DNA of 64,000 nucleotides from Psilocybe cubensis (Eukaryota): NCBI GenBank assembly GCA_017499595.2, contig CM039004.1, positions 2,976,001 to 3,040,000 of the forward strand, read 5' to 3'. Shown piece by piece: positions 52,027 to 64,000 of this stretch (position 1 is its first letter; each line of letters starts with the position of its first letter). The notes under the pieces were generated by a model. It saw only the letters and a program-made list of their open reading frames with translations, ran no database searches and was not told where the DNA came from. The position numbers and the translations under genes were made by a program.

Positions 52027-52525
52027 ATATGTTTTAATGGATCGTTTCAGTTTCCGGGACGTTGCTTCAGTTGCTTCATTTATTTTTGGAACGTAGTGTA
52101 TCTATATCTTGGTACGCTATCAAATCTCATATGTATTGTTATATTCTCTGGAAGACATTGAACAAGGTTGTATGAGAGATATTCAGCGAAAGGAGAACTT
52201 TTGGTCTATGCATCTTACTACTTCCTCCCGGACGAACAGAGTCACTAGGTTTACTGTGGTTCTTTCGAGGAAGTAATATATTCAAATTACTTTGATAGAA
52301 GCATAACTATGCCTCAAAGCAGCGGACCATACCTCTTGAAATGACCGCTGATTGTGGAAGTGGAGGTATAAACCATTTATATTACGGTCAGATAGAGCAA
52401 GCGAGAATAATTACAGTTTCAAAAATATTTTCACCTAACCGCGAAGAGCCAGGTGAAGCTTGAAGCTATAACACGGACCTGAGGGCAACCCTCTATTCAA
52501 TTTTTACGGTTCATAGAAATCGAGT

Positions 52526-54110
52526 TTAACTACGATAGTCCCCGTTGATCCTGACATATTCCTGGGCGTCGAACATACCCAATCAGTAAGAGCGTGAAGA
52601 AGGCAAAGAAGCGACTCACGTAGCTGAAGTCGCAGGTCCAATACTGCGCCTCGCCCTCACCATCACCCTCCATTCCCAGTTCGACGAGGACCTCGAAGTC
52701 TTCGAGGGTCAAAATCTCCTTGGCTCTCACTTCGTCCACTTTCTCAGGCTCGCCGTTGACGAGAACAGGGAGCGCGGCTGTGCCGTCCGAAGGAACGAAG
52801 GTGACGTTTACCTTCTTGGGGTCGATGACGGGGGTAGCACCTGTTGAAGCCGACGGGAGGAGAGGAACTGAACCAGTTGCTGCTAGAATACGTCCCCAGC
52901 TAGAGTGCAATGAGTTTAGCTGGGAATGATGTTATTACAGGTTGTACACATACTTGGCATCTTCTCCGTAGAGAGCAGTTTTCACGAGTGCGGAGGTCGA
53001 GATTCGGGAAGCGATGTTATGTGCGTCTTTGTATGAAGGAGCACCCTGTTATATGATTAAAAATGTATATTAGAATTCAATGAGGAGTCCAGATACCTTG
53101 ACAGTAACGGTGACAAATTTCGTTGCACCTTCTCCATCCCGAACAACCAACTTGGCGAGATCAGCAGCGAAATCCGTCAATTCTTTCTTGAAGACCTCGT
53201 AACCCTGCTTATCTGTGTCCTCATCGATTACCGCGCCATCCTTAGCAGCCGCACCATTTGCAAGAACGTAGATTGAATCGTTGGTGGACATGTCGCCGTC
53301 AACACTGATCGAGTTAAAGCTACGGTCGACAGCGTACGTGAGAGCACTCTGAAGGCTTTTGGGAGAGACGGCCGCGTCGGTCATGATGCATCCAAGAAGG
53401 GTGGCGTGGAGTTGTTTGGGGGCAGAGAAGGTGGTACCAGCGGGGCCCATGTCCGGGTGAATCATACCGGCGCCCTTGTCCATGCCCGCCATTCTATATT
53501 CAACACCTCCAATCGTAAACGTCCGGGAGCGAAGTTTTGGGAACGTGTCTGTGGTCATGAATGCCTGCGCCGCGCGCTCCCATGCCGCAAAATCAGATCC
53601 AAGTGTGGCTGCAGACTGGGACTTGATGCCTGCAACGATCTTCGAGATGGGCAGATTCTGTCCGATGACACCCGTCGACATGACAAGCGTCTCGTGTTCA
53701 AACTCCGAGGACTTGTAGGACTTTGAGAGTAGACCGTCGGTGGCTTGGACCATAGCCCACGCATCGTCCATACCCTGCTTGCCAGTAACGGCGTTCGCAC
53801 AACCGCTGTTGACCACAACCGCACGCGCGTATCCGCCGTTCTTTTTGAGTACCTCGTTGGACACTATGACGGGTGCAGCCTTGAATGCGTTACGGGTGAA
53901 GCATGCTGCTGCGGTAGTAGGACGCTCCGAAGTCGATAGGATTACAGCGAGGTCAGGAACGCCAGCTTTCTTCTTCACCCCTGCGTGGATGCCTCCCAAT
54001 ACGAAGCCTTCGGGGAAAGACGACGACGGCAACGGGTAATGGTGGTGTGCTTTGGACGGGGTCGGTTTCATTTTGATGGTCGACATCAACCTCTTGGAGA
54101 GGAACGACAT
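52526..54110 (-). CDS. ARG7: Mitochondrial ornithine acetyltransferase ArgJ, 4 exons
   Basis: NSGCANA, STGVIG, MTTDT, KGAGMIHPDM...HATLLG, DGDMSTND, RDGEGATK, DANWGRIL, WTCDFSYEYVRINGDYRS*. Confidence 0.96.
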
Positions 54111-55744
54111 CGTGGATGCTCTGTGCTGGGAGCCTGAAGAATACTGGTATGATGTGAGTTTTGCGCTATTTAATGGGATTGGTGACTCACGGAGAACGGC
54201 CAGGAGAAGTTAACGCGATTGGGCACGACCTGTACTACGCAAACATACAGTTAATGAAGTGCAAACCCACATACAGACTCTGTGCGTACATGGAAGATCG
54301 TGAGTCACTGTCAAGCGTCCCTCCACGAGCACCTGTGCAGGCAGATAATCCCGAAAAAGTCCAGCTGCCCGTTCGGCACAAAAAATGGCTACTTCCCCCG
54401 AGTCCCGATTTGGTGCGAAGTCAGGGGCCTCAACTCGGTAGCATAAACGGTACAACCAAATTACAAAGTCTTTCAACGTGCCTTTGATCAACGAACAGGC
54501 ATAAACGAGGGAGAAGCTGGTTTTCAAAGCCTCCCAAACGCCATTTCATCAGAGGCAGAATAGCTGCACGCCTCCAGACTGCACATGTATTCCAAAATTA
54601 TTGCAAGTTCCACGATGTATTAATTGTTGAGGGAAGGAATCATTCATTATTTGCAGTTCCTCTGTGGCGTGTTTATGGATAACTCACCATTCTTATAAGC
54701 AAGCCATTTTTATTGAGCTTCGATGGCTCGGAGAATTTTCGGTCATATTCGAGTTCGTAGGCGATTTACGATTGTGGACATCACGTTGCCCTGGTTTTAT
54801 CATGATGCATTGATTCTACAGAGGTAGCGCCAGTCTGGTATAAAACGGTTTAGCTGTCTGGAAAATCGAGACTATACTTAACGATACTCAACTTGATTCT
54901 GAAATAGATCGATTACAAGGGAGGCCTTTGAAAACGATGACGATATATGGAGTACAAACAGGATGGGAACCTATTTCGCCAAAAGAACGGCTGTACATTG
55001 CAGACTCTGATCGAGGAGCTTCAAGTAGAATGAGGATAAGGATATGAACGCCAATGAACAAACCACCGCTTCAATAAGTAATTTAGTCGTAACAAATTAC
55101 AATACTCTGATCTTACTAGTACAAATGAAGAAAAAATGTGAACAATTTAGGTATTTGTGGCGCCATCGACAACTTGCGGCCGCAAACTCCTCACAATCGG
55201 CCAATGTCAAGGTAATGCCTTCTCTTTCACGCGCTTAATTTTGAATATATCGTTTCCAGGAACTTGAATTTTTGATTGGTTAGTGGAACACTTATACTTC
55301 ATTATTCCGATACTCATTGTACAATGTATCCTCTTCAGTCATACTGGGTTATCTCTACCTTACTATTATGCACCCCGAAATGCATCGCCAGTGTATTACC
55401 ATCTCAGATGACGAGAGACTGATTCTAGAAATGGAAGTTCATTCACACGATCTCTACAGGCGCCCGTATATTGGTGACAAATTCTTGGGCATGAACCCCT
55501 AATAAAGCTTAATTAAGGGCTTGGCTCCGAAATTCCGCGCGAATTTGACGACAAATTTACATCACCCAAATCATTTGATGCAAAGCCTCAATGATGCCCC
55601 TCAACTGCTTCTTACCACCACCTATTTCACAAGTTGTCAGACGTTCAGAGCAGATATCCTGTCAGACGCATCCTGGCTCCAGAGAGCCATCCTTCGTACC
55701 TAGAGTTTTGAACGCTTGGTAGGGAGGGTCGTCTGCAGGAAAAC

Positions 55745-57210
55745 ATGGCACAGATTTCACTCGAACTCGCTCACGCGATCGCGGTATGGCTAGAGGTGAG
55801 GTATCTCACAGTCCCTGGAAGTGCAACTTCTAACGATGCTTTTGTTCCCAGATATTCATCTACGGTACTCATACATGCGGCATCTACAACGTTATCAGAA
55901 ACTGATAAGATTGTGATCTAGGAATCTACACCGCGCTATTCGTCTCTACGCTTGCGTTGATGTTCAAGGGATCTAGAAGAAGTACGGGTGCATGGGTACG
56001 TGTATCAAGCTGGTACAACGTGAACGTCGGTTCATCTATATCGTCTTAATTGCTAGGTGTTCTTTGTTGCAGCGTTGCTCATGTTCTCGATCGCCACACT
56101 TCACATGAGTGCGAACACCCCTGTCTCGTAAAACCCTTCGACAAAGACTGACGCGAAACGGTACCTTTTTTTGCATAGTTCTGGCCATTCTTCGCTTTCT
56201 TCGTGGCTTTATACTTCATAGAGGCAATTCTGGACCAATTGGCTATATGTATGACTTCACAAGGGCAGATACGATACTTGACAGCTCGGTTTTTTGTGTC
56301 ATTATTTGGATCGGAGATGCACTCGTAGTGAGTACACATAATTTGCTTCTATCTATTTGAAAGCTCACACATATTTACATTAAGATATACCGCTGCTTTT
56401 ATGTTTGGAATCATAATTATTGGATAATTGTGCTGCCGGCGTTACTTTTGACTGCGTCTATTGGTAAGTTCTCCTTTTTATACATCAGTTCTTTTCTGCG
56501 AATTCGGAACTCCTAATCAACATCTGTTTTTTGCATCGTAAAGGTGTCAACATATACGTGCTCTGGTGGTTTACGCATTTGACAGCGGTTGTCAACGAAG
56601 CGGCGTCGTTTGGTCTGGTCAGATCAATATACCCGCTAGCACTTGCACAAAATGTCATCACCACAGGACTTATTGCATACAAGATATACCACCAACATCG
56701 CGCTTCATCAGCCCATGGAATCGTCGACAGGAGCTCAAAACTCACTCTTTATAGAATTTTGCGCATAATGGTCGAAAGCGCTATGGTCTATACCGTGCAG
56801 CTCTTCATTCTCATGATTCTGTACTTTGCTAAGAGCAATGCGCAAGTAATACTGCAATATGCTATTGTCCCGAGCATTGGTGCGTAAATTTTTTGTTTAA
56901 CCTCACCTTTACTTTTTAAATGTCATACCTTATAGGCATCGTATTCGTCCTCATTGCAATTCGCGTTCACGCTGCAAAGACCGCTACTGTTTATGCCAAT
57001 GGAATGGGGACAATACCTGGCTGGCTAGAAGACGATGACGACGCCATCGAATTTAGCACCAACGCATCGCTCCCACCCGGTGTCGTCACCTTCCGCGTCT
57101 CTGACACCGACAGAGACGACCGCGACGACTACTCCCAACCATACGGCTCAGATTCATATGCTCACAAACGGAGTACCAAAAGTCACTCAGAAAATGTTAA
57201 CACGGTCTGA
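55745..57210 (+). CDS. Agaricomycete multi-pass (about 7 TM) membrane protein of unknown function, multi-exon
   Basis: MAQISLELAHAIAVWLE..., WIGDALV|IYRCFYVW..WIIVLP, NVITTGLIAYKI, IMVESAMVY, acidic C-tail; motif pattern of a common basidiomycete membrane-protein family. Confidence 0.8.
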
Positions 57211-59301
57211 CTGCATTTTTGCCCCTCGTGGCTTCCCAGTTTCAGCCGTTTCGATCGTGGGATCCACCTCATCGCACAGCGGTGGAAATTCGCCACAACC
57301 CCTGAAGCCGACATCAGACGCGCAGATCAAGGGTGGTTCGGATTCCGAATTCACCTGAGACCCCTATCGATTCTATGCCCCCATTTTTATCGGGAGCATT
57401 TCTGCAACGATAATTGTGAGCCTTAATTATTTTTATTATGATTTATGTTGACCGTTGGATGGGTACAACAGTGTTGTATTTGCACAGCTGGGTTCCGGCA
57501 CACATAAGATGTCCATTATGTTCGTACTCATCGTTCGGTAGAAGTGTAATGCATCTGGAGAGCAAGCTTGCGACAAGTTGACCTCCTATGGAAATGGCAT
57601 ATATTTGTAGGCCGATACTCCCGCAGGGCGGCTCTCCGAAACCTGTGCCATCAAGAAACTTGGGTAGAGCTACCTAAATTCGATCAGTAAAAATGAGTGC
57701 TACAATGCATAACTGCGGGACGTCATCACAGCTTTGCATACTAAATTATCCCACTAACCTCTTAGAAACCTGAGTATTTAACTTCATTGTTGCAATTAGC
57801 TCATAAGGTCCTTGACATTACAAACTGTTTAGCAATCATTTAGGCTGTAAGACGCACAAGCTCTTTTCGCTGACAAATCCGAAGGTAATCAAATAAGATT
57901 CGTTGGTAAAAGAACTCCCCAACTTATGAACTTATGGGATCTACTGAGCAGAATGCTGCCTTCTAAAACTAAAGTAATCTTTCTCTATACATAGTAGAGC
58001 CATACAAAAATCTTACGGAGGTTGGGCAAAGAGCAAGAGAGAATAGGAATTTCGATCCCATCAACTTATAAACAAGAGGATAAACATCGCTTCGGCTTTG
58101 TTCAATTATCAAGATCCCGAAACCATTTTGCCATTTTGTCACTGGTTCGAAACTCAAACACCTAGTTACCTTCATTGGAGCAGCAGTAGTATTTCTGAAC
58201 AAAACTCGTCTGACAAGAAAATTGGGGAAATTCAAGCAGTGATATTTTTTGATACATGAAGTCAAAGCTGGGCCATATTCCAAGTTGGCTGACAGATCCA
58301 TTGAAACCACATTGATACGCAGTGCAGCTTGCTAACCACGGAAATCGCGCGCACCAAGTCCACTTTCCCACGCTTCACATGATCGCGGAACATCAATACA
58401 CCACCGACATCGCCCACCGACACCGATATTCCTCGCTCCCGATTCAATTACTCATTTATTTCTCATCACCATTCCATTTTGTATGCGTCTTCGTAATATT
58501 TTAACAAATTTTCTTCATTTTAAAACCTGAATTTCATATACAGCACAGCTTTCATTTTACCCACACTTTCCGAGTAGACACAATAGGCGCCCGGCTTCGC
58601 ACCCTCGCCGTTTCCTCCCCATCCGAGAAAATTTTACATTTTAATTAATCTCCTTCTTCTGTAGACTTACTCATACTGTCTTGGCTTTCTTATTTCGTGT
58701 TCGCTTCGCTTATTTCTTTACAAACTTTGTTTTACACACACACCCCAGCTCAGTAGTATAAAAGCTAGCTAGAAAACTATCTACAAAACAACAGATCGTT
58801 CACCTCTCGTTTCCATCGTGCTCTCATCGTTTTCAGCTGGTTAAGAAGACCAGGGAAACCCTCTCGCACCCTCAGACGCCTCTCATAGCGGTTCTCCAGT
58901 TGCTTTTACTTGTTTACTCTTTTTTTGTTTGCTCGACGCACCTAGGACGCCGCTGGCACATCATTTTTGGAGCCCACCGCGAGGGTGTTTCAAACATTGA
59001 GCCTTCAACCAGCCGTTCGCTTCGACAGCTTCCGTCTAGAACCCTTCGTCAAGAACTAGTTGCTGCCTTCCAAAACCCAGAAAACCTTTCAGACGAATCA
59101 CTATTCATTGAAGTACCCGAAAATCAAGCCACTCATTCGTATCTACCATCTCCAACATCACCTCTATTCTCTCCATCTGAACTCCCTTCCCCTATATCCG
59201 GATCCTTTGAATTTCCAACCACAACACACTCGCATATCAGTCCTTTCATTCTAACACCTTCTCCAACCTCAAACACCCTTCAACTCCCATTGCAACAGTT
59301 T

Positions 59302-61596
59302 ATGCCCCAGCCTGAAGCTGCTACCATGTCTCCACACATGCCAGCTCGAGGTGATCGCAGTGCACCATCATTTGATCCCACAAAGCCCAGGGAGCTTCGC
59401 CGTTATTTTTCCGACCTAGAATTCTTGTTTTCAATCTCAAATGTCACCGATGATACGGAACAGAAGAAGCATGCGGTTAGATACGTCAGTCTTGACGTTG
59501 CAGACATCTGGGAAACGCTTCCAGAGTTCACCAACCCTCTCAAGAATTACCAGAGCTTCAAAGCGGCTGTTATGGACCTTTACCCCGATGCTAATGACGC
59601 ATACAGGTACACCATGTCAGACATGGATTTATTAATTGGAAACCGTCAACGTTTAGGCATCCACACCCTCTCTGATCTCGCAGAATATCATTCCCAGTAT
59701 ATGGCGGTCACAAACTTCCTATGCTCGAAATCCAAGCTGTCTACACTGGAACAGAAGCGTGGTTATGTTCGTGCATTCCAACCGGCGCTTTGGGCAAAGA
59801 TTTCGCAACGATTGCAACTCAAGAAGCCTGACCATTACCCAGACGAGCCCTACGACATAATCGACGTCCAGACAGCTGCAAAATTTGTTTTACATGGCAC
59901 CCACACAGCAAGCGCTTTGGCAATCCCTTCTTCTACTCCTACAGCTTCTATCCCCGACGTCTCAATTAAACCAGAGCAACTCGGTTCTATATTCACAGAA
60001 TTTACCAAATCGATTATAGAGGCGCTTAATAGTACTCAGAATCGCTCAAGATCAACAGAACCAACCACTCAATCTGGAATCCGAGAAGTCAAATGCAATT
60101 TCTGTGGAAAGGATCATTATATTCGTAACTGCGACCTCGTTGAAGAGTATAGGCGCGCTGGAAAGTTAAAGCGCAACACAGAAGGCAAAATTGTACTCCC
60201 CTCAGGTGCATTCATCCCCAGAGACATCCCTGGCACCTTAATGAAGGAAAGAATCGATGAATGGCATCGTCGCAACCCAAATCAACTTGCTACAGCTACT
60301 CTATCCGCCAGTACATTATTTGGTGCGGTTTCGTCAGTTCAAACGCCTTTGGAATCGTTAAGCGCCCGTCAGACAACCCAGTCGACATACCACCTTACTG
60401 CTGACGATAGGATCACTTTGCTAGAGGCTGAACTCTTCAATCTGCGTGCCAAACGACCTGGGTTCACTCCAATTATTCGTACTCGAGCACAGAAAGAAAG
60501 GGCACCCGTTGCTGAAGAAGACAGAGAGATTTCGCCACCTAGAGACTCTGAAGCACCCAAACCGTCTACTTCTACTCCAGATACCTCGTCTCAGCCTCCC
60601 ATGGTTCAAAATAACGATATAACTGCACCCAGAGCGACTACAGACGATCCTCAAACTGAACATCCGTTCAGAAACGCATTAGACACCGTGTATATGCCTC
60701 CTCAGTCCAGAAATGTTGCAGCACTTCCAAAGCCCGCACCCAAGAAGAACGAACCGGCCTATCGAACATTCCCCCCCATCTACGACTCTGACGTTGCCAA
60801 TACAGTGTATAATCGGTCTCTTGAAGCTCCAGTCACCATTACTCAAAGGGAACTTCTGTCTATCGCTCCAGAGATCCGTTCACAGTACAGGGACTCTACA
60901 ACGTCTAAACGCAATGCAAACACGGATAAAATTGCTCAGACAAACCTGTTGGAAAATAGGGCGGAACCTACAAGCAATACAGTCGTTTTCAACGCTTCCA
61001 CAGCGCATCCTTTGCCCTCCAGCCAGCACCGAAGTCCCCCAGAAGGTTCTACAGTTATTGACGACCCCTTTGACATTTATTATCGCTCCCTTCGCCCTGG
61101 ACAACACCCCGATCCCAACAAAATCATTGTGGCTAAAGAATCTTCAGCACTTCGTTCAATCTATCCTATTGTTGACAACTCTCTCAAAGTGGAATGCATT
61201 CTCGATCCTGGCTGCCAGATAATAGCTATGTCTGAAGATGTTTGCCATAGCCTCTCCCTCATCTATGACCCGACTATCAAACTCAATATGCAGTCTGCAA
61301 ATGGCACAGTGGACCAGTCTCTAGGCCTTGCTCGAAACGTCCCCTTCTTGATAGGAAATCTCACATTCTATATGCAGGTTCATATTATCCGAGAGCCCGC
61401 ATACGACATACTCTTTGGACGACCCTTCGACATCCTAACCCAGAGTGTAGTCCGAAACTTTGCTAATGAAGACCAAACAATCACCATTAACGATCCCAAC
61501 ACTGGTCAAACTGCAACTATACCCACCTCGCCTCGTGGACCACCTAGATTCCTCAAGAAAACTCACCACCATTGTCACGAACACCAGGATTTTTAA
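59302..61596 (+). CDS. gag: Retrotransposon Gag-aspartyl protease (the frame is open from 58900)
   Basis: MPARGDRSAPSFD N-terminus, zinc knuckle CNFCGKDHYIRNC, protease CILDPGCQ...ILFGRPF. Confidence 0.9.
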   Translation: MPQPEAATMSPHMPARGDRSAPSFDPTKPRELRRYFSDLEFLFSISNVTDDTEQKKHAVRYVSLDVADIWETLPEFTNPLKNYQSFKAAVMDLYPDANDAYRYTMSDMDLLIGNRQRLGIHTLSDLAEYHSQYMAVTNFLCSKSKLSTLEQKRGYVRAFQPALWAKISQRLQLKKPDHYPDEPYDIIDVQTAAKFVLHGTHTASALAIPSSTPTASIPDVSIKPEQLGSIFTEFTKSIIEALNSTQNRSRSTEPTTQSGIREVKCNFCGKDHYIRNCDLVEEYRRAGKLKRNTEGKIVLPSGAFIPRDIPGTLMKERIDEWHRRNPNQLATATLSASTLFGAVSSVQTPLESLSARQTTQSTYHLTADDRITLLEAELFNLRAKRPGFTPIIRTRAQKERAPVAEEDREISPPRDSEAPKPSTSTPDTSSQPPMVQNNDITAPRATTDDPQTEHPFRNALDTVYMPPQSRNVAALPKPAPKKNEPAYRTFPPIYDSDVANTVYNRSLEAPVTITQRELLSIAPEIRSQYRDSTTSKRNANTDKIAQTNLLENRAEPTSNTVVFNASTAHPLPSSQHRSPPEGSTVIDDPFDIYYRSLRPGQHPDPNKIIVAKESSALRSIYPIVDNSLKVECILDPGCQIIAMSEDVCHSLSLIYDPTIKLNMQSANGTVDQSLGLARNVPFLIGNLTFYMQVHIIREPAYDILFGRPFDILTQSVVRNFANEDQTITINDPNTGQTATIPTSPRGPPRFLKKTHHHCHEHQDF

Positions 61597-64000
61597 TAGC
61601 CGAGGGTCTAGGTTCTGATAGCGACATTCTTGCTCTCAATATTTGCACTGAAGAAGGCCATATTTATATTCAAGCTACTCAAGAACTAGACTCCTCGGAA
61701 CATCCTCAAGCCTCGTATTTTACCGCCTGTACCATAAATTCTGATTCCACACCCAAAGCTATCAATTCCAACACTCTTATTTCGTTGTCTCCCTCGTCTA
61801 ACAGTTTATTCCACCCAGTTTCTAACGTTTCCACTCAAAATTTCGACCCAGTTTCAACGTTTGCAGCGTCTAAGAAGAAGTACAAGCCCGTAGCCAAGAA
61901 GACTCGCCCTGTTTACGCAGAATTACCCGAAAAATATCGCATAGTTCGCAATATTTCAGGCAACCCACTCGCTAACCTTCCCATTCTCAACCCAAACCCA
62001 CCCGATTTTGTACCAACCGGCCGCTATACTGAAGAGAGAATGAAGCAGTTCGATGAAGTACACACCCCAGGATTCCTCTGGACCGAAGAACGAAAATTAT
62101 TACACCATTTCATGATGCAACATCAAGAAGCTTTCGCATGGAACGATACAGAAAGAGGTCACTTCAGGGAAGACTTCTTTCCCCCAGTGAACATCCCAGT
62201 TATTCCTCACAAACCTTGGGTACAGCGCAATCGACCCATTCCTCCTGGTATCTATGACGAACTCTGCAAGTTATTACAGAAGAAAATTGACGCTGGTGTC
62301 CTTGAGCGATCCAATTCTCCGTACCGAGGAGCATGGTTTACAGTCACTAAAAAGGATGGCAAGTCTCTACGAATTGTACAATCCCTAGAACCATTAAACG
62401 CCGTCACAATAGCACACTCTGGAGTGCCTCCCTTCACAGAACAGCTCGTAGAACAGTTTGCTGCAAGAGCATGCGGTGGAATGCTGGATTTATTTGTTGG
62501 ATACGATGAACGGGCGCTTGCTGAATCCTCCCGCGATTATACCACTTTCCAGACGCCTTTTGGCGCCCTCCGACTTACCACACTTCCAATGGGATGGACC
62601 AACTCAGTCCCCATCTTCCACGACGACGTTACATACATTTTACAGCCAGAAATTCCGCACACAACCATTCCTTACATCGACGACGTCCCAGTTAGAGGCC
62701 CAGCTACTCGATACATATTGCCTTCTGGAGACTTTGAAACAATTCCCGAAAACCCAGGAATTAGGCGGTTTATTTGGGAGCACTTCCAGGGACTCAGTCG
62801 CGTTGTCCAACGCATGAAATATTCCGGTGGAACATTCTCTGGATTCAAATCACTACTCTGTGGTCCAGAAATAACAGTGCTAGGCCATCGTTGCACTTAT
62901 GAAGGCCGTCTCCCAGATCTGAGCAGAGTTTCAGCCATTGTGAACTGGGGACCATGCTCAGACTTATCCGATGTTCGATCCTTTCTTGGTACCATGGGTG
63001 TTTGTAGAATATTCATTCGGAACTTTTCCCATCGTGCTAATCCTCTCATTAAACTCACCCGCAAGAACCAACCGTTTGAATGGACTCAAGAACAAGAAAA
63101 AGCGCAGCAAGACCTTAAAGAAGCACTCCTGAAATCACCAGCCCTTCGTCCCATCGACCACTCGTCCCCAGCACCAGTAATCCTCGCAGTTGACACATCT
63201 AAAGATGCTGTTGGACACTTACTTTGTCAATGCGATTTACAGAACCCCCGCATTCGATACTATTCAAGATTTGGATCCATTACCTTAAACGAACGTGAAG
63301 CGCGATTCTCTCAACCCAAACTCGAGTTATACGGCCTCTTTCGCGCGTTTCGAGCCCTCAAGCTTTACCTCATCGGTGTACGAAATCTAGTCGTTGAGGT
63401 AGATGCGAAATACATTAAGGGAATGCTTTCCAACCCAGACCTTGCCCCTTCTGCAAGTATTAACCGATGGATTACAGCGATTTTAATGTTTCATTTCGAT
63501 CTAGTTCATGTACCAGGTACTCACCACGGACCAGACGGATTATCACGCCGAAAACCACAGCCAGGAGACGAGCCCGAGCCTGAAGACGACTTCGAAGACT
63601 GGATCGATGAAATGCAAGGTTTTATGCATATTCTGAATCCCATTACCACAGCACTCACTGTGCAAGTTCCAACACTCGTATACTCCACCTCCCTCGCGCC
63701 AGAACCGTCTCCCTCAGAAAATAACGACCATTCTACACCAAATACATCATCCGACGACTCCCAGACTTCCTATTCCATTATTCCTCGATCCGACGTTGCA
63801 CACAAGGCTGATGAACGCACATTAAAGGTCAAAACATGGCACGAAACGCTTAAGCGCCCAGACGGCATGACGGACTCGGAATATTCGACATTCCTTCGTT
63901 ACTGCACAGAATTCTTCGTGGCATCGGATAGACTATGGAGAAAGGATCACCATGGACATCATAAGCTCGTCGTACCCATAGAGCGACGTTTATTCATTAT
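61587..64000 (+). CDS. pol: Retrotransposon Pol (RT, RNase H; runs off the window), -1 frame relative to gag
   Basis: KKKYKPVAKK, LPMGWTNS, PYIDDVPVRGP, LAVDTS, SQPKLELYG, GPDGLSR; no stop seen in the portions read; absent from the ORF track because it has no stop in the window. Confidence 0.9.

Larger units (their letters stand above)
57644..64000 (+). mobile_element. Ty3/gypsy LTR retrotransposon, 5' portion; the left boundary is tentative (57644 or 57846)
   Basis: gag-protease and pol ORFs. Upstream are TATATAAAA (~58756), a possible LTR end ...TGGCACA at 58960 and a PBS-like TGGAGCCCACCGCGAGGG at 58968. The 3' LTR is outside the window. Confidence 0.9.

Overview
Eukaryotic, intron-rich DNA. 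Short GT-AG introns with CTRAC-type branch points and the gene content point to a mushroom-forming basidiomycete (Agaricomycetes; inference). Recognisable genes: a NACHT (NLR-like) protein, an HD-domain nucleotidase plus a decayed duplicate, a very low-complexity protein with a probable PP1-docking motif, kinesin-14 (Kar3-like), an RCC1-repeat protein, a secreted DUF5648-like protein, an MFS transporter, ArgJ/Arg7, a multi-pass membrane protein, two intron-containing tRNAs and the 5' part of an apparently intact Ty3/gypsy LTR retrotransposon. The main finding is largely invisible in the ORF track. Splicing by hand gives nine intact paralogous genes (eight between 31.3 and 43.7 kb, one at 14 kb) and one deleted remnant. 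Each has five exons, including micro-exons of 4-14 nt, and encodes a 59-102 aa secreted peptide with a C-C-CC-C-C (knottin/conotoxin VI-VII-like) cysteine framework and a CCG(P) core. The 10.7-32 kb region is built from nested direct and inverted segmental duplications that copied one of these peptide genes. All gene models are manual and none was checked against a database.
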